A DNA stretch of 64,000 nucleotides from a virus. Taxonomy: Duplodnaviria; Caudoviricetes. Position numbers and translations under genes: made by a program. Shown here one piece after another: positions 35,720 to 45,383 of this stretch (positions within the stretch are counted from its first letter, which is position 1; each line of letters opens with the position of its first letter). The stretch spans positions 3,777-67,776 of the IMG/VR virus record IMGVR_UViG_3300005675_000082; one strand, 5' to 3'. The notes beneath the pieces are model-generated. The model was given only the letters and a program-made list of their open reading frames with translations, was not told the DNA's origin and searched no databases.

Positions 35720-36061
35720 GTGAAAAATTTACCTCAGGATACAACCGAAGCGCTGTTCTGGGAGATGTGCGCCTTTATCACCTCTCAGGTGGATGATGCG
35801 CGCCTGATTCTGTGGACACAGGACGGGTTTTGTCAGTTTTTAAAGACCTACCCTGATGGGACACAGACCATCATTGAATGGCAGTTTGATAAGGCTGATT
35901 TTAAGGCGTATACCGAACGCTCTAACGAAACACAGCGGGCGGCGTATGTGACGCAGATCGGGGCGCTGCTTCAGGGCGCGACCGACACCCACGAAAAACT
36001 GGATGCTCTGCCTTTAGCCGTGCGCAGGGTGGGGTATCTACCCAAAAAGGAACTGTCATGA
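35720..36061 (+). CDS. Hypothetical protein
   Basis: 113 aa, RBS AGGAG. Confidence 0.55.
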   Translation: MKNLPQDTTEALFWEMCAFITSQVDDARLILWTQDGFCQFLKTYPDGTQTIIEWQFDKADFKAYTERSNETQRAAYVTQIGALLQGATDTHEKLDALPLAVRRVGYLPKKELS

Positions 36062-36468
36062 GACTACTACCTGTCGCGGTGCTGATCGTTACCATATCCC
36101 TGTTTGGGGTGCTGCTGTTTTCATTTGCGCAGTCACAGCCCGATTGTTACAGCATATCACTCGGTTTCACCGTCACTGACGCGGCACAAAACATCATCGA
36201 CGCGCAGGGGCTGTCGCTGGTTGAAATGCAGGTGGATGTGACCAACAGCCTGAACCGCTATCAGCAGATGACGGGGCGTTGTTTTACGGGCGAATTGGGG
36301 CTGATTTACGGCACACTGTCAGCGCGTGTCTTTGTCGTGTTTGCGTCCTCTAATCCCGACTACGGGTTAACCCGCGTGCTGACGGAAACGGAATACTACC
36401 CTGAGCCGTTTGGGGTCAACACCGTTGGCTGGCAGCACAGCACAGACTTAGAGTTGTCAGCACCTTAA
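36058..36468 (+). CDS. Exported or membrane hypothetical protein
   Basis: Hydrophobic N-terminal signal/TM segment. Confidence 0.55.
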   Translation: MRLLPVAVLIVTISLFGVLLFSFAQSQPDCYSISLGFTVTDAAQNIIDAQGLSLVEMQVDVTNSLNRYQQMTGRCFTGELGLIYGTLSARVFVVFASSNPDYGLTRVLTETEYYPEPFGVNTVGWQHSTDLELSAP

Positions 36469-36484
36469 AAAAGGTGTAAGATTT

Positions 36485-36503
36485 TGTACATCTGTTCTAT
36501 AAC
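36485..36503 (+). promoter_or_regulatory. Lysis-cassette promoter with LexA-like box
   Basis: TGTACATCTGTTCT at 36485-36498 abutting TATAAC. Confidence 0.65.
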
Positions 36504-36601
36504 ACTTAACGAACCCTCCCGCATGGCGCGAACCACCGGGAGGCGGCAAACCGCGTTGGAGGCGGCTTACATGGACAAGTATAACAGAATGTGTAACCGA
36601 G

Positions 36602-37504
36602 ATGGAAACTGAAACCCTGAATGCCGTGCTGGGCATTATAGGGACATTCGCTACAGGGATTGTCACTTATCTCGGCATCAGCATTAAAATGCGGCGTGAA
36701 AAAACACGCGATGAAGCCAGACAGAAAGCGCGGGAACAGGAATTGATTGCGACCACGCAGCAGGCGGCGCAATCGCTGATTAATGACGCCTTCGATGAAC
36801 TCAATAAGGAACGCGAGTTTAACAAACAACAGTTTTTACTGGCACAGAAAGACCGCGATGAGCAGCGTGAGAAAAACGAACTGGCGAACGCGCGAATCAG
36901 TGAATTGATCGTGAGCAAGGGCGACATGAAGGATACGCTGGATAAAACCACAACGGAACTTCAGCAGACCCGCACCGACCTCGCCGAAGCCAAAGAGGAA
37001 ATCACGCGCCTGATTAAACGCCTTGAAAAGTACGTCGAACACGGTTCGCGGCGGGACACTGAACTGGAAAAACTACAGGCCGAAGTGCTGAAGCTGCGCC
37101 CGCTGCGTGAGGAAGTGGCGGATCTGCGTGCCCAATTGAAGTCGATGAATGACCAATTAAAAATGGCAAATGCCGAACAGCACAGCCTGGTATCGCTGCG
37201 GGAACGTGACCAGCAGGAATTTGAACGTCAGCGCGACGAATGGCGCGCACGCATCTCAGAACTGGCGGAACGCGTGCGCCTGCTGGAAAGTGAAAACAAG
37301 ACGCTGAAGGCGGAAAACTCGCAACTGAAAGAGGAAGTGGAGATGTTAAAAGCGGCCAAGGACAAAAGTGCGCTGCCCGCCGGAACGCTGATGTTTGAAG
37401 ATGTGAAAAACGCCAGCGGGGAGACGGTGATTAAAGCCGAAATCATCCCCGCCAGTGGTGAACATGAAACCGATAGTTTAGCCGATAAGGAGAAACCGAA
37501 ATGA
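36602..37504 (+). CDS. Membrane-anchored long coiled-coil protein (lysis cassette)
   Basis: One N-terminal TM segment followed by ~230 aa of heptads. Confidence 0.65.
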   Translation: METETLNAVLGIIGTFATGIVTYLGISIKMRREKTRDEARQKAREQELIATTQQAAQSLINDAFDELNKEREFNKQQFLLAQKDRDEQREKNELANARISELIVSKGDMKDTLDKTTTELQQTRTDLAEAKEEITRLIKRLEKYVEHGSRRDTELEKLQAEVLKLRPLREEVADLRAQLKSMNDQLKMANAEQHSLVSLRERDQQEFERQRDEWRARISELAERVRLLESENKTLKAENSQLKEEVEMLKAAKDKSALPAGTLMFEDVKNASGETVIKAEIIPASGEHETDSLADKEKPK

Positions 37505-38040
37505 GACTTGTACGCCTGTTGATTGCCCTACTGTTGTTTGTGGCGCTGGTGAGTTTTGCCCGCGCTGAAGATGCCGCGCCGGACGCCACGCCCGAAGGGG
37601 CGCAGGACGCTGCGCCCCTGGTCGATGAAGGAACGGAATCGGTGATGATCATCGATACCACCGCAGCCCCTGCCGAAGTGACGGAAACTGCGCCAATTGT
37701 TGATGAACAGCCCGTGACCGTGGTCAATAATGGCTTTTCGTTCGAGCAGGTTTTGATTACCCTGCTGGCGTTCATTCTGACGATTTTCGCGGGTATTCGC
37801 ATGTTTGTTGTGCCTGTGTTGAAGGCCAACGTTGAACTGGCAAAAGCGGCGGGTGACCTCGTCCCACAGCAGTCCTTTGATAAGCTTGTCGGCATTACGG
37901 AAAGTCTGCAACGACTGGCTGAAGCTCTCACCCCTAATTTTAAAGGCGATGATGAAGCCTTTAAGCGTATCCGTCAGGAAGTCGTGGATTTAGGCGAAGT
38001 GCTGCATCCTAAACCGGACAGCGGCGAAGCAGTAGGCTAA
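37501..38040 (+). CDS. Membrane protein, holin candidate
   Basis: Signal peptide, acidic linker, second TM segment; directly before the lysin. Confidence 0.5.
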   Translation: MRLVRLLIALLLFVALVSFARAEDAAPDATPEGAQDAAPLVDEGTESVMIIDTTAAPAEVTETAPIVDEQPVTVVNNGFSFEQVLITLLAFILTIFAGIRMFVVPVLKANVELAKAAGDLVPQQSFDKLVGITESLQRLAEALTPNFKGDDEAFKRIRQEVVDLGEVLHPKPDSGEAVG

Positions 38041-38042
38041 CG

Positions 38043-39572
38043 ATGCCAAGTCTGCTGACCGCATGGGTAGAACCAGCGCACATCAATAACAAACAGTGGG
38101 TGCTGGACTGGTTCACCCGCCTCAACCCCACCACCGCTAAAGTCTGCGGTTCGATTGACCCCGTAACAGGGGCTTTTCGTTTGGAATTCCCTGACCAGCT
38201 TCAGGCACGTCTGCCCAATGCGGACATCATCTACCGTCCCTACGCCGAAAACGAAAACAGCCAGTGGAAACTGATGCCCGCTAAGGTGTGGGTAACCAAT
38301 GCCAGAGCGCGGCTTGAGGGGCGTCCCTACCGTGTCACGTTCTGCTGCGAACCAGCCCCGTCTCCTGCCGAATTTGGCGATTTTATGCGCTACAGCGTGC
38401 AGGTCATGGAAGAAGCGGACAGGCAGGGCTTAAAGGTGGATATGTGGGGGTTTCCCGCGCAATTCCTGACGATGTTCACCGATGACCCGCGCGACATCCG
38501 TAAGGGCGGCTGGGCCGATGCGCTGAAGGTCGCCGGAGCGCTGCGCGGGACGGTGCAAATTGACATCCACGATTACACCGGACTGGTCGCGCCTGCGGGC
38601 ACGTATGACGATGCCTACATGCGTTCCATCATGACCGATCCTGATCTGCTGCGTTACGAACAGGACTGGCCGACCTTTGAGGACATTGAATCGCGCCCCT
38701 ACCAGACGCGTCATCTGTTCCGCGATATGTGGCTCAACCGCTACGCGCTGGAACTCGGGATCCCCGAACATGACATGTTCATTGGCGAATGTATCTACGA
38801 TTATTTTGGCGATGAATGGGATTTACGCGACACCTGGGCGCGTGCCAATGCCATTGCCGGGGATGATCTGAATGTCTGCGTCGGGGAACGCAAGGTCGGC
38901 GGCATTCGCACCCTGCCCAACGTCACGCGCTGGAAGTTCCCACACCTGACGTTTAAAGACGCGATTGTGGCCCAACTGCGCTGGCATGGGCAAATCCGCG
39001 CCAGAAACCCGCGTATCAAGGGCTACGCGCTGTACATGCTGTCCGATAAAGATGGCGACCAGCGGCCCCATAACTGGCTGGCGCACACGGATATTTTGGA
39101 CGCGTGTATCGGGCTGAACCCTGTCGTGGTAACGCCAGCACCAGCACCGAAGCCCACACCTGTTCCCGTGCCAACACCCGCGCCAACACCCGCGCCGCTG
39201 TACCTGCGTGCCGACAGGGATTATGTGAACCTGCGTCCACAGCCGACGCTGAACAACACGCCGATCACCACTGTCACCCCCGCACAGCGTCTGAAGGTCG
39301 TGGGGCCGGAAAATGCGGAAGCAATGGTCGGGCATATCGACATGTGGATACAGGTGCAGACGCCGGAAGGGATTACAGGCTGGATCGCGGCATGGCTGCT
39401 GCGTCTGGAAACGACACCGCCTACGCCCCCACCTGCCCCAACGCCGTTACCACCACCGCCTAAACCGTCATGGCGTGGCGCGTTTGATGCCAGCGAATTA
39501 GCATGGATTGACCGCGAAGCAGCACGCGACACAGGCGGGGTGATTGCCAAACTGGTGACCCTGCTGCAATAG
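38043..39572 (+). CDS. Putative endolysin: glycoside-hydrolase-like domain + Pro/Thr linker + SH3b
   Basis: IDIHDY and FIGE motifs; VNLRPQP...W.QVQT.EG.TGWIAAWLL SH3b. Confidence 0.65.
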   Translation: MPSLLTAWVEPAHINNKQWVLDWFTRLNPTTAKVCGSIDPVTGAFRLEFPDQLQARLPNADIIYRPYAENENSQWKLMPAKVWVTNARARLEGRPYRVTFCCEPAPSPAEFGDFMRYSVQVMEEADRQGLKVDMWGFPAQFLTMFTDDPRDIRKGGWADALKVAGALRGTVQIDIHDYTGLVAPAGTYDDAYMRSIMTDPDLLRYEQDWPTFEDIESRPYQTRHLFRDMWLNRYALELGIPEHDMFIGECIYDYFGDEWDLRDTWARANAIAGDDLNVCVGERKVGGIRTLPNVTRWKFPHLTFKDAIVAQLRWHGQIRARNPRIKGYALYMLSDKDGDQRPHNWLAHTDILDACIGLNPVVVTPAPAPKPTPVPVPTPAPTPAPLYLRADRDYVNLRPQPTLNNTPITTVTPAQRLKVVGPENAEAMVGHIDMWIQVQTPEGITGWIAAWLLRLETTPPTPPPAPTPLPPPPKPSWRGAFDASELAWIDREAARDTGGVIAKLVTLLQ

Positions 39573-39578
39573 CTGAGA

Positions 39579-39604
39579 ATGCCCCAAAACGGGGCATTTT
39601 TATT
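39579..39604 (+). terminator. Terminator of the late operon
   Basis: ATGCCCC-AAAAC-GGGGCAT-TTTTATT. Confidence 0.8.
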
Positions 39605-40112
39605 ACGGCGTGAGCAGCACGTTAAATTCATAACCGTAGACTCTGGTGGGCGGAATGGCGTCGTAAATCGTGACGCGCACCTTGCCCTCAGCGTCCGGCC
39701 CGACGTTTACTTGCAATTCCCCTGTCGTCAGTTGATACACGTTCACCTCACCCCAATAGGTTGTTTCTGTGCCTGTAGCGATGAGCGTATTTTCTTCAGG
39801 CGTTTCAGGCAGCGCGGCCAGTTCTTCTGCGGGCAGGGTCACGACTGCAAATCCGGTTGCGCCATCCAGCCCGACACCAAAGAGCGTAAAGGCGTCCCCC
39901 TCCGGGGCGATGCTGATCTGGATGCCGCTGCTGCTGTAGGTGAGGAACGTCGCAAGCTGTGCCACCAGCACATCGCGGGCATCGTCCACTTCAAACGGTG
40001 TGGGGTATGCCTTCGTTTCAGCGCTGGCAAGGCGAAAGGCGTGCGCCTCGATGGTCTGGTCTAATTCGGACAGCAGCAGGTACATGGCGGCGCGTTGTTT
40101 GGGGGTGAGCAT
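39603..40112 (-). CDS. Hypothetical protein
   Basis: Start MLTPKQ after RBS AAGGAG. Confidence 0.6.
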   Translation of the reverse strand: MLTPKQRAAMYLLLSELDQTIEAHAFRLASAETKAYPTPFEVDDARDVLVAQLATFLTYSSSGIQISIAPEGDAFTLFGVGLDGATGFAVVTLPAEELAALPETPEENTLIATGTETTYWGEVNVYQLTTGELQVNVGPDAEGKVRVTIYDAIPPTRVYGYEFNVLLTP

Positions 40113-40113
40113 G

Positions 40114-40932
40114 TCAGTCTCCTTTAGGCAGCAGGGGTTTACCCGTAGCAAGGTCGATTCCGAGTGTGGATTGCATTTGCTGTACCGTTGCGCCAACACT
40201 TCCGGCACACTGGCGCATAGCGGCGTAGAGTTCATCGCGCGTGAGTTTGCTCCCGCGCTGTTTCAGCAGTTCTTCAAAAGCGGCTTCCGTCCATTCGATA
40301 GCGATCAGGGCAAGGCGGGTCATGGAGTCGCGCGGGTTACGTCCGCCAAGCTGCGATTTCAGTTCAGCAGCCTTGCGTCTGAACAGTTGCACGTATTCAA
40401 TGTTGGTCAGTTCGCCATAAGAAAATTGTTCAGCGGCATGGAGCGCGGCGGCGTCCATTGCGGTCTTACGTTTCAGAATGCCACGCTGGCGACTTTCAAT
40501 CCACGCATCATCCTTCCCTTGCTTGCGATAAACTGTAGATGCGAAATCTACAGATCGTTGCACGCCTAATTCGGGGTCTGCCTGTTGTTCGAGGCGCTCA
40601 ACGGCTAATGTCGCAAGCCACTGGCGAATAGGTTCCGCTTTCGGGGAGGGGATGGATTGAATGATGCGCAAGCAGGTATGTGCGTCTGCGAAATCAAAGT
40701 AGCGCAGTTTGCCATCTTTGGCGGGAGCTTTCAAACTCAAGATTTTTTCTTGACTTTCAAACCCCTCTTTTTGAAGACGTTTTTTGGTGTCGCGCCAGTA
40801 TTGTGCAGCATCTTTACTGCCTGTGATTTGCGCAATAATGTCAACGATAGAATAGACAGTCTTATCACGCTGTTTGATGCTGCGGATACTCTCATCAAAA
40901 TTGGGGTCTAGGGGGAACATCTCAAGAGTCAT
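40114..40932 (-). CDS. Bro-N domain antirepressor-like protein
   Basis: YSIVDII...YWRDTKKRL...LRIIQSIPSPKAEPIRQWLA...ERL...DPEL. Confidence 0.85.
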   Translation of the reverse strand: MTLEMFPLDPNFDESIRSIKQRDKTVYSIVDIIAQITGSKDAAQYWRDTKKRLQKEGFESQEKILSLKAPAKDGKLRYFDFADAHTCLRIIQSIPSPKAEPIRQWLATLAVERLEQQADPELGVQRSVDFASTVYRKQGKDDAWIESRQRGILKRKTAMDAAALHAAEQFSYGELTNIEYVQLFRRKAAELKSQLGGRNPRDSMTRLALIAIEWTEAAFEELLKQRGSKLTRDELYAAMRQCAGSVGATVQQMQSTLGIDLATGKPLLPKGD

Positions 40933-41019
40933 GATACAATCCTTGTGTCTAACCTTACGGGGCTAGGCTGAGCCTGATTGCTTTTGCCGCCAAGCTGTTG
41001 GCAATCAGGCTCGAACCCT

Positions 41020-41307
41020 TTAATAAACCTTTGCAATGTCCTCAAGCGCATACCAGCGGGCAGTCCAGCGCCCTTCGATCTGGTACGCCACGCGGTATGA
41101 CAGTTCGTGTTCGTAGTCCACATCAATGACTTCACCGCAGATGTCCCCATACGCGGGGTGTGTCGTCAGCACCAGCACCACATCCCCTTGCAGGATAATG
41201 TCGTCGTCAATGTCGCCATCGCTGTAATCGGCAATGTCTTCAGAAGGGGCAATAAACCACTGCGTAATTGTTGAAACAAGGGGGAAGGTTGAAAGATTGA
41301 TAGCCAT
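41020..41307 (-). CDS. Hypothetical acidic protein
   Basis: 95 aa, RBS AGGAG. Confidence 0.55.
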   Translation of the reverse strand: MAINLSTFPLVSTITQWFIAPSEDIADYSDGDIDDDIILQGDVVLVLTTHPAYGDICGEVIDVDYEHELSYRVAYQIEGRWTARWYALEDIAKVY

Positions 41308-41338
41308 TTTCGGTTACTCCTGATGCCTCTAAGGTGGG

Positions 41339-41641
41339 CTAGTCTGCCCACCAGCTAACGGTCTGTTCCTGATCGGGGTCGCATTCCGGCTCAACCGTGA
41401 AAATCACGGTGTTGTATGCCGACTTGCTAATCTTGTGACGCAGCGTATAGGCAAACCCGCCAACATGGGCGCTGTAAGCGGACTGTGTACCGCAGTCGCG
41501 ATACTGCCCATTAGCGGCAAACCACTTGCGCACATCGGCTGCCATCTTCGCAGGAAGTGTGCCGTTGAAAACGCGAAGTCCTGTTTCGCTGTATTCGGCG
41601 GCTACTGTCTTGCTGGTCAACCAATTAATTGCTGCGTTCAT
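41339..41641 (-). CDS. Hypothetical protein
   Basis: First gene after the promoter at ~41680-41707. Confidence 0.55.
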   Translation of the reverse strand: MNAAINWLTSKTVAAEYSETGLRVFNGTLPAKMAADVRKWFAANGQYRDCGTQSAYSAHVGGFAYTLRHKISKSAYNTVIFTVEPECDPDQEQTVSWWAD

Positions 41642-41677
41642 GTTCGTGTCTCCGTGTGCGTCATTTGACTATGTATC

Positions 41678-41708
41678 TAATATATCACTCATGCGTGATA
41701 TTGTCAAT
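41678..41708 (-). promoter_or_regulatory. Leftward promoter with palindrome in the spacer
   Basis: Minus strand TTGACA-ATATCACGCATGAGTGATA-TATTAG; ATATCAC-N6-GTGATAT. Confidence 0.6.
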
Positions 41709-41739
41709 AAATAAAAACCCCCAACAACAGGGGGTTCGT

Positions 41740-41940
41740 TTAGCGGTTGCGTTTGGTGTACGGTTTGCGCGGTTTAGGCTGGTGGGTTTCTGCCCATCGC
41801 ATCAGTTCAGACTCCTCGATGAACAAATCTCGTCCGCGCTTGTTCGCTACCAGTTCGCCGCGTCGTATAGCATGACGAATGGTAGACGCGCTTTTCAGGT
41901 TCAACTTTGCGGCGGCTTCATCTGTCGTGTATTCAGGCAT
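41740..41940 (-). CDS. Excisionase/MerR-like HTH DNA-binding protein
   Basis: YTTDEAAAKL...STIRHAIRRGEL.A.KRGR..FI.ESEL. Confidence 0.8.
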   Translation of the reverse strand: MPEYTTDEAAAKLNLKSASTIRHAIRRGELVANKRGRDLFIEESELMRWAETHQPKPRKPYTKRNR

Positions 41941-41966
41941 AATCAACTCCATGCCCCGATTGTACA

Positions 41967-42503
41967 TCATTTTAGTTCCTTCCTTACACGGCGATACACC
42001 AGCGGCACGCCCATAGTTCGTTGTTCGTCGCATCGCCTGTACGCGGCAATCGTGCGCGACTTCCACTTTGCAGGTAAGTGCCAGTTGTAAATACCAGACC
42101 ATTGGCAGTCATTAGACCGGACGCGTACAGCGCTCTCAAAATAGTTTCCAATGAGGTAACGTACTGGTGGGTCGTCCAGATAACGAACATCAATGATTTC
42201 CCCGTCACCCATCAGCCAGAAATGAGTGTGAACCGTAAACCCGCGTTCAAACTGCACCGCGCCGCGCATCATTTTCAAATGGGGATAGGTGGCTTTAATG
42301 GTTTCTGCCATGTACAGACAGTCCCCTTTGCCGATCAGGTTTAGCTGTTTGCCGATCTCTCTCGACTTTTCCACATTGAGCCACAGCGCTGCACTTAACG
42401 CGGCGGCAAGAGGAACATCCGGCGAATAGGTAGACTGTCCCTTCAGGTAAGACGGCATTCCAGAAAAGCCTAACGAGATAGACCCCTGTATCAGTCGCGC
42501 CAT
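41967..42503 (-). CDS. Hypothetical protein
   Basis: ORF with HFW motif; RBS GGAGGGG. Confidence 0.55.
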   Translation of the reverse strand: MARLIQGSISLGFSGMPSYLKGQSTYSPDVPLAAALSAALWLNVEKSREIGKQLNLIGKGDCLYMAETIKATYPHLKMMRGAVQFERGFTVHTHFWLMGDGEIIDVRYLDDPPVRYLIGNYFESAVRVRSNDCQWSGIYNWHLPAKWKSRTIAAYRRCDEQRTMGVPLVYRRVRKELK

Positions 42504-42507
42504 ATTG

Positions 42508-43062
42508 TCACCCCTCCTGCACACTCAGCACATCGGCGCAGTAACACAGCGCCACCAGCGCCGTCGCTTTGAAGTTCGGCACGACCTCCCCCACCTTGCC
42601 GCGCACGCTGTCCTTTTTGTTGACGCTCGACAGCTTGAACCCCGCATCTTCCAGCGCGCGGGCAATCGTTTCCACAGCCGCCACGCTGTCCTCGTTGCGC
42701 AGTTCGACGTAACGCTCCCCGGCGTGTGAGGCTTCAGGATCAGGGGCCAGCGCGGCATTGGCTTCCAGACTGCGATTGTCCAGGTAAAACTGTACATAGC
42801 GCTTCAGGGTGTCGTGGTCGATGCGTTGAATGTCCCATGCGGTTTTTATGAGCGCGCCTTCCAGCAGCAGCGAGACGTTGTATTCCCCTGTCCCTTGCCA
42901 TGACAGTTTCAGGTTCGGCATCAGGGCAGGCAGCGGAATAGGCAGCGGCAGCGGCGTGCGGATCATATGCGCCGCCAGCGCATCCCCGATAACCCGTACC
43001 AGCGCTTCGATGCGTGGGTTGTAGGGAATCATTTTGTGGTACAGATGGCTTCGTTTTGCCAT
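42508..43062 (-). CDS. Hypothetical protein
   Basis: 184 aa with RBS. Confidence 0.6.
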   Translation of the reverse strand: MAKRSHLYHKMIPYNPRIEALVRVIGDALAAHMIRTPLPLPIPLPALMPNLKLSWQGTGEYNVSLLLEGALIKTAWDIQRIDHDTLKRYVQFYLDNRSLEANAALAPDPEASHAGERYVELRNEDSVAAVETIARALEDAGFKLSSVNKKDSVRGKVGEVVPNFKATALVALCYCADVLSVQEG

Positions 43063-43859
43063 GTTGGCTCCTTCTCTTTTTCATTGTAGCGCGCGTGATT
43101 ATCGACTGCCACCTGTGCATTAATTGCCCGTTCCAGCGCATTCACGCGCCGTTCCAGTTTGGCGATGTGCGCCTTATCGCTGCCCTTACGCGCGGTGTCT
43201 AACATCTGCTGCTGGAAGCGCAAAGACTCCTGCCAGTGTTCCGGCTGCGGTGGGGTCAGATGAAACACAAAGTCAAGGTCGTGCCGCGCCCGTTCCAGTT
43301 GGCGTAAGGCCAGGCGGAAGCGAATTTCCCCCTCTGGCAGTTTCTTTTCACGCAGCACGTAGTCCAGCAGTTCATCCGAGGAGCGCCAGACATGCCAGCC
43401 ATCCAGCGGCTTGGGGTACAGCACGCCATCCACCACCACCTCAAACAATTTGTAGCGGTCTGCCATCTCAAAGGCGCGTGCCTGTCGTTCGGGCAGCGAA
43501 AGCGTATCCACGTCCATGTAGACCGGGGCCAGCGCTTTGGCGTTTTTGCCCGTCCCCAACCAGCGCTTGCGCAGCATCGTGCCTTCGTACACATCGCCCC
43601 AGCGCGCCGACAGGCTTTTTATTTGCGCTGTGGATTTGCGCATCCATTCGCTGTCGTTAAAGGCTGACGCCCCTTTTTTGGCGTTTTGAGACGCCTCAGG
43701 GGACTTTACAGGCGTAGTCTGCCGAACCACGTCTAACGCCTGTTTTGCGCCTTTTGCGCCGCGCTGCACACGGCGACGGTACGCCGTGATTTTGTGTCCA
43801 TTTTTGCAGTATTTACGACTGGCGGCAATAGGTGTGCCGCAGACAGTACAGGTATTCAC
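43029..43859 (-). CDS. Hypothetical protein with N-terminal zinc finger
   Basis: CTVCG...YCKNGHK..AYRRR. Confidence 0.6.
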   Translation of the reverse strand: MNTCTVCGTPIAASRKYCKNGHKITAYRRRVQRGAKGAKQALDVVRQTTPVKSPEASQNAKKGASAFNDSEWMRKSTAQIKSLSARWGDVYEGTMLRKRWLGTGKNAKALAPVYMDVDTLSLPERQARAFEMADRYKLFEVVVDGVLYPKPLDGWHVWRSSDELLDYVLREKKLPEGEIRFRLALRQLERARHDLDFVFHLTPPQPEHWQESLRFQQQMLDTARKGSDKAHIAKLERRVNALERAINAQVAVDNHARYNEKEKEPTWQNEAICTTK

Positions 43860-44107
43860 GCCACCACCTCCCAGCGCGCGGGCTTCCAGCCGCTTTGCAG
43901 CAGGCGCTTATGCATCAAACACTGCGAGTCGTAGTCCACTGGCATCCACCACGAACGTTTGTGTTTGCGGTAGGTAGCCTCGCGGCGGGTCACGGCGGGC
44001 GCTACAGGGACGATAGCGCTTGGCGGCGGGGTGTAGAGGATAATCACCGCTGCACCTCCTGACACCTGGCGCGTATTTTTAACAGCGTTTCGATGGGCGT
44101 AAGCCAC
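43856..44107 (-). CDS. Hypothetical protein (probable start downstream of 44107)
   Basis: Small collinear ORF. Confidence 0.35.
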   Translation of the reverse strand: MAYAHRNAVKNTRQVSGGAAVIILYTPPPSAIVPVAPAVTRREATYRKHKRSWWMPVDYDSQCLMHKRLLQSGWKPARWEVVA

Positions 44108-44253
44108 TGGTCGCGTGTCAGCGTGCAGATGTCGGCCAGCACAGACTCAAGGCGGGTTACTTCGCGTTCCAGTTCCACGACGCGCGCATGATCGGCCATC
44201 TGCTGTGGGCGTTCGATGGGTGTGAAGCCTTCGCTGCGGTAGTTGTGGGTCAT
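44044..44253 (-). CDS. Hypothetical protein
   Basis: 69 aa, coupled to the MTase gene. Confidence 0.5.
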   Translation of the reverse strand: MTHNYRSEGFTPIERPQQMADHARVVELEREVTRLESVLADICTLTRDQWLTPIETLLKIRARCQEVQR

Positions 44254-45383
44254 AACCCCTCCGCTGTTTCAATCTGCGCGGCTTGGTGCTGTTCTAACAG
44301 GTCGAATAATGTTGGTTGAGCGACCTCAATTTCTGCCTGTGAGCAATATTTAATTGCCCCTTTCCAGTAGGACTCCTTAAGTTCAATGCCAACGGCGCGA
44401 CGCCCCAAACGCACCGCTTCATAAGCGGTTGAGCCAATTCCGGCAAAGGGGTCAAATACCACGTCCCCTTTATTGCTCCACAGGTCAATGCAGCGGCGAA
44501 TGACATCCAGTTGAAGCGGGCAGATGTGTTTTTCGTCTTTGGCGTCTTTAACCTGCTCATAATTCAGGACATTTGTCTGTTGCACGTCCATCCAGACGGG
44601 TGAGGCGTAACGCTGCCACACGGCAATGCTGTAGTTATTCTCGCGTGTCCGTTTGTTGGGGCGAATTTCCCATTCTTCGGGCGCTTTCCCTCCGATGTAA
44701 TCCCCCATAACACGGCGCTGTTGGACCGGAACTTCAAATGTTTCATCTCCACCCCATTTGCGGAATACAATGAGATAATCTGCCATCCCCTGCCGACAAA
44801 CTTCTGTATTGGAGACAAAATTCCGATGTAGAAGCCCGTTGTTCTTCGTGCGCTCCATTTCAATCACAGGGTCTTTCCAGATCGTCACGCGACTATGGAA
44901 TTGCCAATTGGGGGACTTCTTCCACTTAGCAACGGCCTCTTGATGGGCTTCGAGTAGAGCGCGCACGGCTTCGATGCTGGGCGCGGATTTAAGAGCTTCG
45001 GCGTCTAATTTAGGTTCAGGATTCACTGCGTTTTCAAAGGCGCGAATGATCTTGCCGGGGAAATCAATTAACCCCATCGCGCCATCGCGATTACGGAACG
45101 CTGGGAGGTCTTTGCAGTGAACCACATTCAATCGCCCCGGACGAGTGGCGCGATACATTTCCTTGATGAGGAATTCATAATGCGTGAAAAACTCATCGTC
45201 ATTGGCGCTGTTGCCCATGTCAGCTTCAGAATCGCTATAGATATAAAGCTGTCCAAACGGGGGACTGGATACTGTCAGGTCAAGCGAATTGTCTGGAATT
45301 CCTTTGATAACCTGCACACAATCGCCCTGATACAGCACCCAGTTATTTCCCTGAGCCTGATTAATGACCTTCACATCGTTCAT
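44250..45383 (-). CDS. DNA methyltransferase (N4C/N6A, beta class)
   Basis: YQGDC, SSPPF (motif IV) before DPFAGIGST (motif I). Confidence 0.9.
   Translation of the reverse strand: MNDVKVINQAQGNNWVLYQGDCVQVIKGIPDNSLDLTVSSPPFGQLYIYSDSEADMGNSANDDEFFTHYEFLIKEMYRATRPGRLNVVHCKDLPAFRNRDGAMGLIDFPGKIIRAFENAVNPEPKLDAEALKSAPSIEAVRALLEAHQEAVAKWKKSPNWQFHSRVTIWKDPVIEMERTKNNGLLHRNFVSNTEVCRQGMADYLIVFRKWGGDETFEVPVQQRRVMGDYIGGKAPEEWEIRPNKRTRENNYSIAVWQRYASPVWMDVQQTNVLNYEQVKDAKDEKHICPLQLDVIRRCIDLWSNKGDVVFDPFAGIGSTAYEAVRLGRRAVGIELKESYWKGAIKYCSQAEIEVAQPTLFDLLEQHQAAQIETAEGL

Noticed and set aside
39940-40569. 209-aa + strand ORF
   Set aside because: Antisense to the Bro-N gene; no recognisable domain.
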